A stretch of 19,016 nt of DNA from Desulfurococcaceae archaeon (GTDB lineage Archaea > Thermoproteota > Thermoprotei_A > Sulfolobales > Desulfurococcaceae). The position numbers and the translations under genes were made by a program. This document shows, piece after piece, positions 1 to 8,046 of this stretch. Position 1 is the first letter of the stretch. Every line of letters begins with the position of its first letter. The DNA lies in contig JAWAJB010000016.1 in NCBI GenBank assembly GCA_038888155.1, forward strand, positions 1-19,016, given 5' to 3'. The notes under the pieces are model-generated. The model did no database searches and was not told the origin of the DNA. It saw only the letters and a program-made list of their open reading frames with translations.

Positions 1-576
1 GCTCGGAGCAAACTCCTCAATATCCTCGCATGGATCATTCCAGAGGAGCTGAACCGCTCTGGGATCTTCCGGATCTAGCTCTCCCTTCGGGAAATCCCTC
101 ACCTCATCCACTCTGCTCATGTTATCGGGTATGCCTCCGTGAACGCACAGCACCTTTCCGCCGATGATGGCGGCGTATGGCAGCTGGGAGAACAGGCTCG
201 CGAACTCCCGGTAGAATTCGGGGCCGTAAGCGGCTGCTACGACGCTGAAGAACCCATACCACCTATTCATCATCCGGGATTCATGATTTCCCCTCAGCAT
301 TATGAGCCCCCGACCCCAGCTAAGTTTATGCTCCAGCAGCACGACAATATTCTCCAGCTGCCTAGGCCCCCGATCCACGTAATCGCCCAGAAATACCAAG
401 CCGAGGCCATTTCTCTCCGCGTATCTAATCGCGTTCAGGCTCGTGTCCAAGTCACCATGGGTATCGCCGACAACCAAATACTCGCCCGGCCTGAGCTCGA
501 TCAGCTGAGGCTCATCTGCGAAGATCTTGTAGGCTTGAAAAATTATCTCCGAGATTCTCGATCTCTCCAAACGCAT
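1..576 (-). CDS. PPP-family (calcineurin-like) Ser/Thr protein phosphatase, archaeal PP1-like; 3' end runs off the window
   Basis: Manual translation of the minus strand from ATG at 576 is open to position 1 (192 codons): MRLERSRISEII...VVGDTHGDL...VFLGDYVDRGP...MLRGNHE...LCVHGGIP...QLLWNDPCED. It contains the GDxHG, GDxVDRG, RGNHE, HGG and LWxDP motifs. AGGTGAG lies directly upstream; TTG at codon 3 is an alternative start. Not in the ORF track. Confidence 0.95.
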   Translation of the reverse strand, partial: MRLERSRISEIIFQAYKIFADEPQLIELRPGEYLVVGDTHGDLDTSLNAIRYAERNGLGLVFLGDYVDRGPRQLENIVVLLEHKLSWGRGLIMLRGNHESRMMNRWYGFFSVVAAAYGPEFYREFASLFSQLPYAAIIGGKVLCVHGGIPDNMSRVDEVRDFPKGELDPEDPRAVQLLWNDPCEDIEEFAPS

Positions 577-609
577 CTCACCTAAAATATGAACAAGCCA
601 TCTCTTGAA

Positions 610-617
610 TATTTATT
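610..617 (-). promoter_or_regulatory. Candidate TATA box for the phosphatase gene
   Basis: Minus-strand AATAAATA about 34 nt upstream of ATG 576. Confidence 0.35.
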
Positions 618-1018
618 GCACGGCGTACGGACCGGATGAAATATATTTTTCATAACTTCATTCTAAAACGTTGTAGATAAATGGAAAGCTCGCGAAGCCA
701 TGTTGCGAACGAAAAGCGTCATTAAAAACATCAAGCATTAAGCATTTTTCCGAACTTCGATAACATCACCATCTTCGAAAATTCTTTGATAATATTCGCC
801 GATATTGCTCGCTTATGTTATAATGGCTCAGTGCAGCTGAACTTAATGCTCGCTGGAGTGCACAGATTCACTGGCCCTCTTCGCATGCGCATCACAGAGA
901 TTTCTTTCTTGATTGGTTCGATGTCTCCACGGAGCAGCCAAAGCTGCGAAAGATCAATCTATTAAGGACAAATGGTAGATGATGAGGGGATGAAAACTTT
1001 TCGAATGCAAAGGAAAAT

Positions 1019-1032
1019 GTAAGGTTTAAATA
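1019..1032 (+). promoter_or_regulatory. BRE/TATA promoter for the ATPase-hdrD-like-etfB-etfA-hdrA operon
   Basis: GTAAGG-TTTAAATA, with TATA at 1025-1032, 33 nt before ATG 1065. Confidence 0.6.
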
Positions 1033-1064
1033 TAGGATGAGTTAAGAGACTGAATGAAATCGTA

Positions 1065-2570
1065 ATGTCGAACATTTATCTTGCGACAGAGGGTATAACG
1101 AAGACATTTTCAGGCGTTAAAGCTCTTGACAATGTTTCTATATTCATTAGGAATGGCGAAGTAACCTCTTTAGTCGGCGAGAACGGCGCGGGGAAATCAA
1201 CGCTGGCAAAGATCATCAGCGGTATATATGGCTACGATAAGGGGAAAATTCTCATTAACGGAAAGGAAACAAAATATAGAAATCCACTCGAAGCATTGCT
1301 GAAGTATAGGATTGCATGCGTTCATCAAGATAGTACGTTAATACCTGAAATGAATGTGGTGGAAAATTTCTTTCTCGAGATAGAGAACAAATTCTATAGA
1401 AAAGGTTTGATTTCGTATTCAACAATGAAGGCGGAGTTGCAGAGGTTCTTAAGAGACCTCAATTTTAATAACATTGATGTGGATCTAAAAGCGAAATACT
1501 TAAGGCCTCATGAGGCAAAGCTCATCGAGTTTGCTAAATCACTTTATCATGAGCCTAATTTGCTTATTCTAGATGAGGTTACGGCTCCTTTATCAAGGCA
1601 TGAGGTGGACTTAATTTTTGATCATGTAAAAAGTTTGAAAAACTCTGGGAAAGCAGTAGTCTTTATTTCGCATAGGCTCGCGGAAGTTATGGACATAAGT
1701 GATAGAGTAATAGTTTTGAGGGAGGGGAGAGTGGCCGGTGATCTAGAGGGTAATGAAATTGAGCGTGATCAAATAATTAAGCTCATGATCGGAAAAGATG
1801 TAGTGCTTTCCAAGTACTTCCCCCCGAGAGCCACGAATATAAATTCCAGTAAAAAGATACTAGTGGTTAAAAATTTGAAAGGAAATGGCGTGGATGTAAG
1901 CTTTGATTTAAGAGAGGGCGAGATTTTGGCTTTCGCGGGATTAGGAGGACAAGGAATGTCTGAGGTACTGCGCATGATATACGGCATTCTCCCGAAAGAA
2001 ACTGGGGAGATCTATTTAGATGGTAAAAAGATTGAGATAAAGAATCCGAGAGATGCCATAAGGCATGGATTAATTTATATCTCGGAGAGCAGAGAAGCAG
2101 AGGAGCTGTTTACTAACTTAACGGTAAAAGATAACATAAGTGTGCCCATTCTAGATAAATGCAGCAAGAAAGGCATGATCATGAGAAAAAGAATGAACGA
2201 GCTTATAACGAACATTGTTCAAACATTTTCGATAAAAGCTCCGTCATTAGATGCGATCATCATGCAGCTTAGCGGCGGCAATAGGCAAAAAGTGATTATT
2301 GGAAGATACATCATTAAGGAGCCCAGAGTATTTCTATTCGCGAACCCGACAGTGGGTCTCGATATAAGGACGAAAATGGAGGTATACAGAATCCTAAGAG
2401 ATTTGGCAAATAAGTGTGTCGGAGTAATAGTATATCTTTCAGAGCTTTCAGAAGTAGTCAATCTGCCGGATAGAGTGCTCGTGATGCACTCTGGAAGAAT
2501 TGTAAAAGAGCTGACGGGAGAAGAGATTACGGAGGAAAACGTCTTAAAGGCATACTTCGGAGCGGCTTAA
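1065..2570 (+). CDS. Sugar ABC transporter ATP-binding protein, CUT2 family (RbsA/MglA-like, two NBDs)
   Basis: NBD1 has Walker A GENGAGKST, Walker B LLILDE and H-loop FISHRL. NBD2 has signature LSGGNRQKV with degenerate Walker A (GLGGQGMSE) and Walker B (FLFAN). 501 aa. Confidence 0.95.
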   Translation: MSNIYLATEGITKTFSGVKALDNVSIFIRNGEVTSLVGENGAGKSTLAKIISGIYGYDKGKILINGKETKYRNPLEALLKYRIACVHQDSTLIPEMNVVENFFLEIENKFYRKGLISYSTMKAELQRFLRDLNFNNIDVDLKAKYLRPHEAKLIEFAKSLYHEPNLLILDEVTAPLSRHEVDLIFDHVKSLKNSGKAVVFISHRLAEVMDISDRVIVLREGRVAGDLEGNEIERDQIIKLMIGKDVVLSKYFPPRATNINSSKKILVVKNLKGNGVDVSFDLREGEILAFAGLGGQGMSEVLRMIYGILPKETGEIYLDGKKIEIKNPRDAIRHGLIYISESREAEELFTNLTVKDNISVPILDKCSKKGMIMRKRMNELITNIVQTFSIKAPSLDAIIMQLSGGNRQKVIIGRYIIKEPRVFLFANPTVGLDIRTKMEVYRILRDLANKCVGVIVYLSELSEVVNLPDRVLVMHSGRIVKELTGEEITEENVLKAYFGAA

Positions 2571-2588
2571 ATCTAGAGGTCCATTAAA

Positions 2589-3770
2589 ATGACTACTTCA
2601 AGTTTTTTAGAAAAGGAGGAGCTGAAGATAATTAAGGATCTAAATTTCAACATTTGTTTACAATGTGGAAAATGTACGGCTAGTTGCCCGCTGTTCCAAA
2701 GAACTGGACTAAATCCGAGGACATTGATGAGGAAAACGTTATACTTCGTATTTCCATTGAAAACTTATCCCCCCCTCAGCCTTTCCGAGATTGATGATGT
2801 TTGGGACTGTACAACGTGTAACAATTGCGTGATCCGTTGTCCAAGAGATGCGAAACCCGTGGAAACAATACTGGCCCTCCGAACAATTTTAGTAGAAAGA
2901 GGGAATGTGCCCTCAACAATAAGAGAAGCATTAGAAAGCATCTACAAATTAGGTAATCCATTTGGAATTAGCAATTTTAAAAGAGCTGATTGGGCAAGGG
3001 ATTTAAATATTAAAAAAGCCTCGAGTGAGGGTAAAATCGATTTGCTATACTTCACTGGATGCATCACTTCTTATGATAGCAGAGCCCAAAATATTGCCCG
3101 CTCAATGGCCACCGCATTGAAGATTTCAGAAATAGACTTCTCAATACTTGCCGAGGACGAGAGTTGCTGTGGAAATGAAGTGCATTCCCTAGGAGAAAGG
3201 GGGTTATTTGAGATTCTGATGGAGAAGAACATCGAACTTTTTCAGCGATACGCGGTTAATAAAATCATCACTACATGTCCGCATTGCTTCAATGCGCTAA
3301 GAAATATGTATAGGCTGGAGGATATAGAAGTACAACATCACACGCAATTTCTAGCAGATTTAATTGATAAAAATGCGATTGCTTTTTCCAAGAATATAGA
3401 AAAAAGAATCGCTTTTCACGACCCGTGTTATCTGGCAAAGCATAACAATATATTCGAAGAGCCGAGAAGAATACTCGAGAATGTTCCAGGCGCTATCTTG
3501 CTGGAGCTTGAGCACTCAAGGAGAAATAGTCTCTGCTGCGGATGTGGAGGTGGTAGAATGTGGTATGAGTCTCCCGGAGAAGTTTCGCGCCCGTCGGAAG
3601 ATCGCATTAAAGAGACTATGGATGCGGGAGCCGAAATCCTAGCGGTAGCATGTCCTTTTTGTCTTTCAGAGCTAGAAGACGCTGTTAAAAGGATGGGATG
3701 CGAGGATAAGCTTCAGGTCATGGATGTGGCAGAAATAATGTGTGAGGCCATTGCGGGGTCGCGAATATAG
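2589..3770 (+). CDS. HdrD/GlpC/FadF-like Fe-S oxidoreductase (4Fe-4S dicluster plus two CCG domains)
   Basis: CLQCGKCTASCP and CTTCNNCVIRCP. CCG1: GC...SCCG...TCPHC. CCG2: HDPC...LCCGCGGG...ACPFC. No membrane domain. Confidence 0.92.
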   Translation: MTTSSFLEKEELKIIKDLNFNICLQCGKCTASCPLFQRTGLNPRTLMRKTLYFVFPLKTYPPLSLSEIDDVWDCTTCNNCVIRCPRDAKPVETILALRTILVERGNVPSTIREALESIYKLGNPFGISNFKRADWARDLNIKKASSEGKIDLLYFTGCITSYDSRAQNIARSMATALKISEIDFSILAEDESCCGNEVHSLGERGLFEILMEKNIELFQRYAVNKIITTCPHCFNALRNMYRLEDIEVQHHTQFLADLIDKNAIAFSKNIEKRIAFHDPCYLAKHNNIFEEPRRILENVPGAILLELEHSRRNSLCCGCGGGRMWYESPGEVSRPSEDRIKETMDAGAEILAVACPFCLSELEDAVKRMGCEDKLQVMDVAEIMCEAIAGSRI

Positions 3771-3780
3771 GGTGGTAAAA

Positions 3781-4566
3781 ATGAATATCATAGTTTGCGT
3801 TAAAAGCGTTCCAATAACAATCGGGGCAGAGTTAATGGTCGATGGGTCTAAAAAGAGAGTTGTTTTAGATGGCACTCCTTTTGACATTAATGAGTGGGAT
3901 GAATACGCCCTTGAGGAAGCGGTGCGTCTCAAGGAAAGGCTTGGCGGCAACGTAACGGTTGTGACTGTGAGTTCGCGAAATGTTGATGACGTTATCTTGA
4001 AGTGCCTAGCTAAAGGCGCCGACAGGGCGATTAAAATCGTGGATGAGTCCATTCAAGAATATGATGCCTACGCCGTCGCACGAATACTTCACGCAGTAAT
4101 CAAGAACATGAACTATGACCTAATTTTATGTGGTGCTCAAGCGGGAGATGATGGATACGCGCTAATTGGGGTGATGCTTGCATCCCTGTTAGAAATACCC
4201 TATGCAACGATGGCGAGAAAGCTTGAGTTAATTAACGGTTATGTAAGAGTTACTAGGGAACTTGAAGAAGGGTTTGAGGAAGTCGTCGAAGTGAAGCTTC
4301 CAGCCCTATTAACCATACAAACTGGGATTAACGAGCCGAGATACGCATCAATAATGAGTATTAGGAGAGCAAAGCAGAAAGACATAATCAGTCTTGATTT
4401 AAAGTCCTTAGGCATCATTGAGAGCGATTTTGAAAATCGAATCGAAATCCAGGAATTCTTTATTCCAGAAAAGAAAAAAGAATGTATAATGCTTCATGGC
4501 GATGTAGATGAAATCGTTACAAAAGTTGTGGAAGTATTAATGCAAAGAGGAGCAAGGGGGTTCTGA
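3781..4566 (+). CDS. etfB: Electron transfer flavoprotein beta subunit
   Basis: MNIIVCVKSVP...INEWDEYALEEAVRLKE...GADRAI...CGAQAGDDG...INEPRY. Start moved from track position 3742 to ATG 3781, which gives the typical EtfB N-terminus, follows GGTGG and avoids overlap with the upstream gene. Confidence 0.96.
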   Translation: MNIIVCVKSVPITIGAELMVDGSKKRVVLDGTPFDINEWDEYALEEAVRLKERLGGNVTVVTVSSRNVDDVILKCLAKGADRAIKIVDESIQEYDAYAVARILHAVIKNMNYDLILCGAQAGDDGYALIGVMLASLLEIPYATMARKLELINGYVRVTRELEEGFEEVVEVKLPALLTIQTGINEPRYASIMSIRRAKQKDIISLDLKSLGIIESDFENRIEIQEFFIPEKKKECIMLHGDVDEIVTKVVEVLMQRGARGF

Positions 4567-4567
4567 G

Positions 4568-5545
4568 GTGAAGGAGATATTGATCTTAGCGGAGCATAGG
4601 ATGGGTAAACTTAGGGACATAACCTTTGAAGTGTTAACTAAAGGAAGAGAGCTGGCACGTAAGAATAACGCGCGTTTAACGGCAGTTATCATAGGACACG
4701 ATATTAAGCATTTGGCGGAAGAGCTTGCGTATTATGCTGATGAGGTTTTAATATTTGAGGATCAAAGAGTCAGAGAATTTCACTCAGAATATTACCAACA
4801 AATTCTTTCATCTATAATACTTGATAGAAAGCCTGAGATTATTCTCATACCTCATACGTCTTGTGGAATAGAGCTCGCCCCAAGTCTTGCAATAAAATTG
4901 AATATACCAGTTATAACCGATGTGTTGGACGCATCCTTTGAAAATGGGCAGCTTATAGTGATAAGAGAATATTTTGGTGGAAAATTACGAGCGAGAGTAA
5001 TTTTACGGGGTTCCTCGCATTATATAGCGACTATTCGTGCAGGTATTTCTAAGAGTGAGAAGAGCGAAGTTAAAGGAAGAATTACGGAGATGCGGGGCTT
5101 GAATTTAGCGGATACGCCATATAAGAGAGTTATCGAATTAACTAAGCCGCCTCCTGAGGCTACCGACTTAACATCTGCGGATGTAATAGTTGCCGTGGGT
5201 CGCGGGATTGGTGACGCAAAGAATTTACCTTTAATAGAGGAGTTATCAAGGGCGATCGGAGGCGTCATTGCGTGTTCTCGTCCAATTATTGACATGAGGT
5301 TACTACCAAAGGAGAGGTTAGTGGGTCTTTCTGGAAAGGTTGTAAAGCCCAAGCTGTATATTGCTATAGGCATAAGCGGGCAATTTTATCACGTTTACGG
5401 CATGATGAACTCCGAGCTTATAGTGGCGATAAATAAAGATCCTAATGCGCCCATATTTAATGTAGCGGATTACGGAATCGCGAGGGATATCTTTGAGGTT
5501 CTTCCACGATTAATTAATAAAATAAGAGAAATAAAAGGAGAATAG
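4568..5545 (+). CDS. etfA: Electron transfer flavoprotein alpha subunit
   Basis: LTSADVIVAVGRG...ACSRP...VGLSGKVVKPKLYIAIGISG...IVAINKDPNAPIFNVADYGI. Starts 1 nt after the etfB stop. Confidence 0.97.
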   Translation: MKEILILAEHRMGKLRDITFEVLTKGRELARKNNARLTAVIIGHDIKHLAEELAYYADEVLIFEDQRVREFHSEYYQQILSSIILDRKPEIILIPHTSCGIELAPSLAIKLNIPVITDVLDASFENGQLIVIREYFGGKLRARVILRGSSHYIATIRAGISKSEKSEVKGRITEMRGLNLADTPYKRVIELTKPPPEATDLTSADVIVAVGRGIGDAKNLPLIEELSRAIGGVIACSRPIIDMRLLPKERLVGLSGKVVKPKLYIAIGISGQFYHVYGMMNSELIVAINKDPNAPIFNVADYGIARDIFEVLPRLINKIREIKGE

Positions 5546-5558
5546 AGGCGAGTGAATT

Positions 5559-7937
5559 GTGAGCACCGAAAAAAGCAAAATCGGGGTTTTCATATGTCAC
5601 TGTGGCGGTAATATTAGTGATGTAATTGACGTTGAAAAAGTCAAGGAAGAAATCTCAAAAATTGAAGGAGTTAAGATATGTATAACGCATGAATATGTAT
5701 GCAGCGATCCGGGACAGGAACAAATAGTTAAAGCGATAAGAAATGGTGAGATAGATAGAGTGGTAATAGCTGCGTGCACTCCAAACATGCACATCAATAC
5801 ATTTAGGAGGACTTTGATCTCGGCGGGCTTAAATCCATACCTACTTGAAATAGCGAATATTCGAGAACAATGTAGCTGGGTACATGAAGATAAAGATCTA
5901 GCAACTTTAAAGGCAATAGATTTGGTCCGGGGCGCAGTTGAACGCGCCCGATATTTAGTGCCACTAACCCCATTCAAAATTCAAGTTATTCGCGATGTTT
6001 TGGTAGTTGGAGGCGGCATAGCCGGGATAATAGCATCAATTGAACTCGCTGAGAAAGGTTTCAGGGTATATCTTCTGGAACGTGGTCCAAGCATAGGAGG
6101 ACACATGGCACAATTTACTAAAACTTTCCCAACGCTCGATTGCTCGCAATGCATTCTAACCCCAAAAATGGTGCAAGTCGCGCAAGCCTCCAATGTTAAA
6201 ATTATAACAATGGCCGAGATTGATAAAGTCGATGGATCACCGGGCAGATATAGAGTGCTGATTAGGAAAAAGCCAAGATACGTTGATGCCTCTAAATGCG
6301 TTGCTTGCGGAGAGTGCGAGAAGATATGTCCTGCAAAGGCTCCAAACGAATATGAAGCATACATACTTTATCGAAAAGCTATCTATCAACCATTCAAACA
6401 AGCTATTCCACGTGCATACGTAATAGATGACAAGTGTTGTTTATACATTAATAAGGGCGTTTGCAGGCTTTGCGAGAAGATTTGTAAAGCAAATGCTATA
6501 GACTTTAACCAGAAAGAAGAGCTCCTTGAATTAAATGTTGGAGCAATAGTTGTTTGCACGGGATTTGATCTGTTGGATCCTTCATTGTTAGATGAGTATG
6601 GGTTTGGGAGAACCCCAGATATAGTATCAAATTTGCAATTCGAGAGAATTCTAGCGCATGGGATGCAAAGGCCATCTGACGGTAAAGTCCCCAAGAAGAT
6701 AGCCTTTGTACTTTGCGTTGGCAGTAGATCTAGAAATAAAGAGAATTGTGTTCAACATTGCTGTAAAATAGGTTGCATGATAGCAATCAAACAAGCGTTA
6801 ATAGCTAAAAAAATATCTCCGAACACCGATGCGTGGATATTTTATACTGATGTAAGAGCTGATGGAAAAGGATATGAAGAGTTTTATGTGAAAGCGCAGG
6901 AGGAAGGCATCCATTTCATAAGAGGTTCAGTATCCGAGATTTGTCCAACGAAAGATGGTATACTCATAAAAGCTGAAGATACTGCACTGGGGATAGGCGT
7001 AGAAGAGAAATTTGACTTAGTGGTTTTATCTCCAGCTATAATCCCCAGTCCGGGGGCAAGCGACTTAGCGCGGAAATTGAAACTACAACTAGGAACGGAC
7101 GGCTTCTTCATGGAGCGTCATTACAAGCTTAGCCCTGTTGATAGTCCAAGAGAGGGGATTTTTATAGCTGGCTGCGCGCTCGGACCAAAAGACATTAGAG
7201 AAACAACATTAGAAGCTTCTGCAGCGGCATCAAGAGCAACCACATTTTTGGGGAAAGGAGAGATTGAAGCTTCACCAGAGGTTGCTCAAATAATTGGAGA
7301 GCGGTGCGATAACTGCGGAGCCTGCATTAGCGTTTGCCCAGTCATGGCTATAGAGAAGAAGTCAAGTGGATTAATGGTGGATGTGCTGTCATGCATTGGA
7401 TGTGGGCTTTGCGTTTCAACATGTCCCAGAGGTGCGGTAGATTTACTTAACTCCACGGAAAAGCAGCTTTTGGCTCAAATTCGCGGAATAGCGGAAAGTG
7501 GTGTAAAACCCAAAATTATAGCGTTTCTTGAACGGCAGACAGCGTACGGCTCAGCTGACCTAGCTGGATTATTTAGGATGACATATCCACCGAACGTCGA
7601 AATAATCCGGGTGCCAACTATTGGAAGAATCGGAATAAAACACGTCCTATACGCCTTCGCGATGGGAGCAGACGGTGTAATGCTAGTGGAGGATGAAGGC
7701 GGAGTCCTATCTGAAAAAATCTACAGAGATCACGTCAATAGCATTCGAGACAAGTTACAAAAATATGGATTACATTTCCGATTCTCAGCCATCAGTACCA
7801 CTTTACCGCAATATGACAAGCTAGTGAATGCTCTTAGCGCGATGGTCTCAAGAATAAGTCGGATGGGCCCCTTATCAGAAGATTTACGATTACAGCTTCG
7901 CCAATCATTAAAAATGATGGACACACTTGAAGCCTGA
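5559..7937 (+). CDS. hdrA: Heterodisulfide reductase subunit A-family flavoprotein with a C-terminal cysteine-less MvhD-like domain
   Basis: KIGVFICHCGGNI, AACTP, ANIREQCSWVH, GGGIAG, KTFPTLDCSQCILTPKM, inserted ferredoxin (CVACGECEKICP), CVGSR, AGCALGPKDI, C-terminal ferredoxin (CDNCGACISVCP / CIGCGLCVSTCP), then PKIIAF...AYGSADLAG..RMTYPPNVEIIRV...GADGV. Confidence 0.95.
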   Translation: MSTEKSKIGVFICHCGGNISDVIDVEKVKEEISKIEGVKICITHEYVCSDPGQEQIVKAIRNGEIDRVVIAACTPNMHINTFRRTLISAGLNPYLLEIANIREQCSWVHEDKDLATLKAIDLVRGAVERARYLVPLTPFKIQVIRDVLVVGGGIAGIIASIELAEKGFRVYLLERGPSIGGHMAQFTKTFPTLDCSQCILTPKMVQVAQASNVKIITMAEIDKVDGSPGRYRVLIRKKPRYVDASKCVACGECEKICPAKAPNEYEAYILYRKAIYQPFKQAIPRAYVIDDKCCLYINKGVCRLCEKICKANAIDFNQKEELLELNVGAIVVCTGFDLLDPSLLDEYGFGRTPDIVSNLQFERILAHGMQRPSDGKVPKKIAFVLCVGSRSRNKENCVQHCCKIGCMIAIKQALIAKKISPNTDAWIFYTDVRADGKGYEEFYVKAQEEGIHFIRGSVSEICPTKDGILIKAEDTALGIGVEEKFDLVVLSPAIIPSPGASDLARKLKLQLGTDGFFMERHYKLSPVDSPREGIFIAGCALGPKDIRETTLEASAAASRATTFLGKGEIEASPEVAQIIGERCDNCGACISVCPVMAIEKKSSGLMVDVLSCIGCGLCVSTCPRGAVDLLNSTEKQLLAQIRGIAESGVKPKIIAFLERQTAYGSADLAGLFRMTYPPNVEIIRVPTIGRIGIKHVLYAFAMGADGVMLVEDEGGVLSEKIYRDHVNSIRDKLQKYGLHFRFSAISTTLPQYDKLVNALSAMVSRISRMGPLSEDLRLQLRQSLKMMDTLEA

Positions 7938-8010
7938 TCTTAGTCGAAGAGAGACCTTTTCAGATAAAAATAAAATTGATGTTTTTGAATACTGTACTTA
8001 ATGATTATGG

Positions 8011-8024
8011 GTAAAGTTTTTATC
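8011..8024 (+). promoter_or_regulatory. BRE/TATA promoter, likely leaderless transcript of the Zn-dehydrogenase
   Basis: GTAAAG-TTTTTATC ending 23 nt before ATG 8047. Confidence 0.5.
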
Positions 8025-8046
8025 TACGCGGGAAGGGAAAAATCAT

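Noticed and set aside
139-585. 148-aa plus-strand ORF
   Set aside because: Antisense shadow of the PPP phosphatase, whose motifs are unambiguous on the minus strand.
700-960. Gene remnant on the minus strand (short frames such as RIFEDGDVIEVRKNA)
   Set aside because: Frames are short, interrupted and not recognisable; a tblastx/blastx search would be needed.
979-1053. Possible C/D box sRNA (ATGATGA at 979, AGGATGA at 1034, CTGA at 1050)
   Set aside because: Spacing is wrong for archaeal C/D guides (9-nt guide, no good D' box, 75-nt span), and it straddles the TATA box of the ATPase gene.
3742-3780. Track start of etfB at GTG 3742 (likewise TTG 9160 for the PreA-like gene)
   Set aside because: The extensions overlap the upstream gene or promoter and precede the family-typical N-termini.
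2589-7937. Evidence for methanogenesis or a canonical HdrABC-Mvh complex
   Set aside because: No hdrB/hdrC, mvhAG or mcr genes in the window; HdrA and HdrD-like proteins are widespread in non-methanogens.
5559-7937. Selenocysteine recoding explaining the missing MvhD cysteines
   Set aside because: The ligand positions are ordinary sense codons; the only in-frame TGA is the terminal stop.
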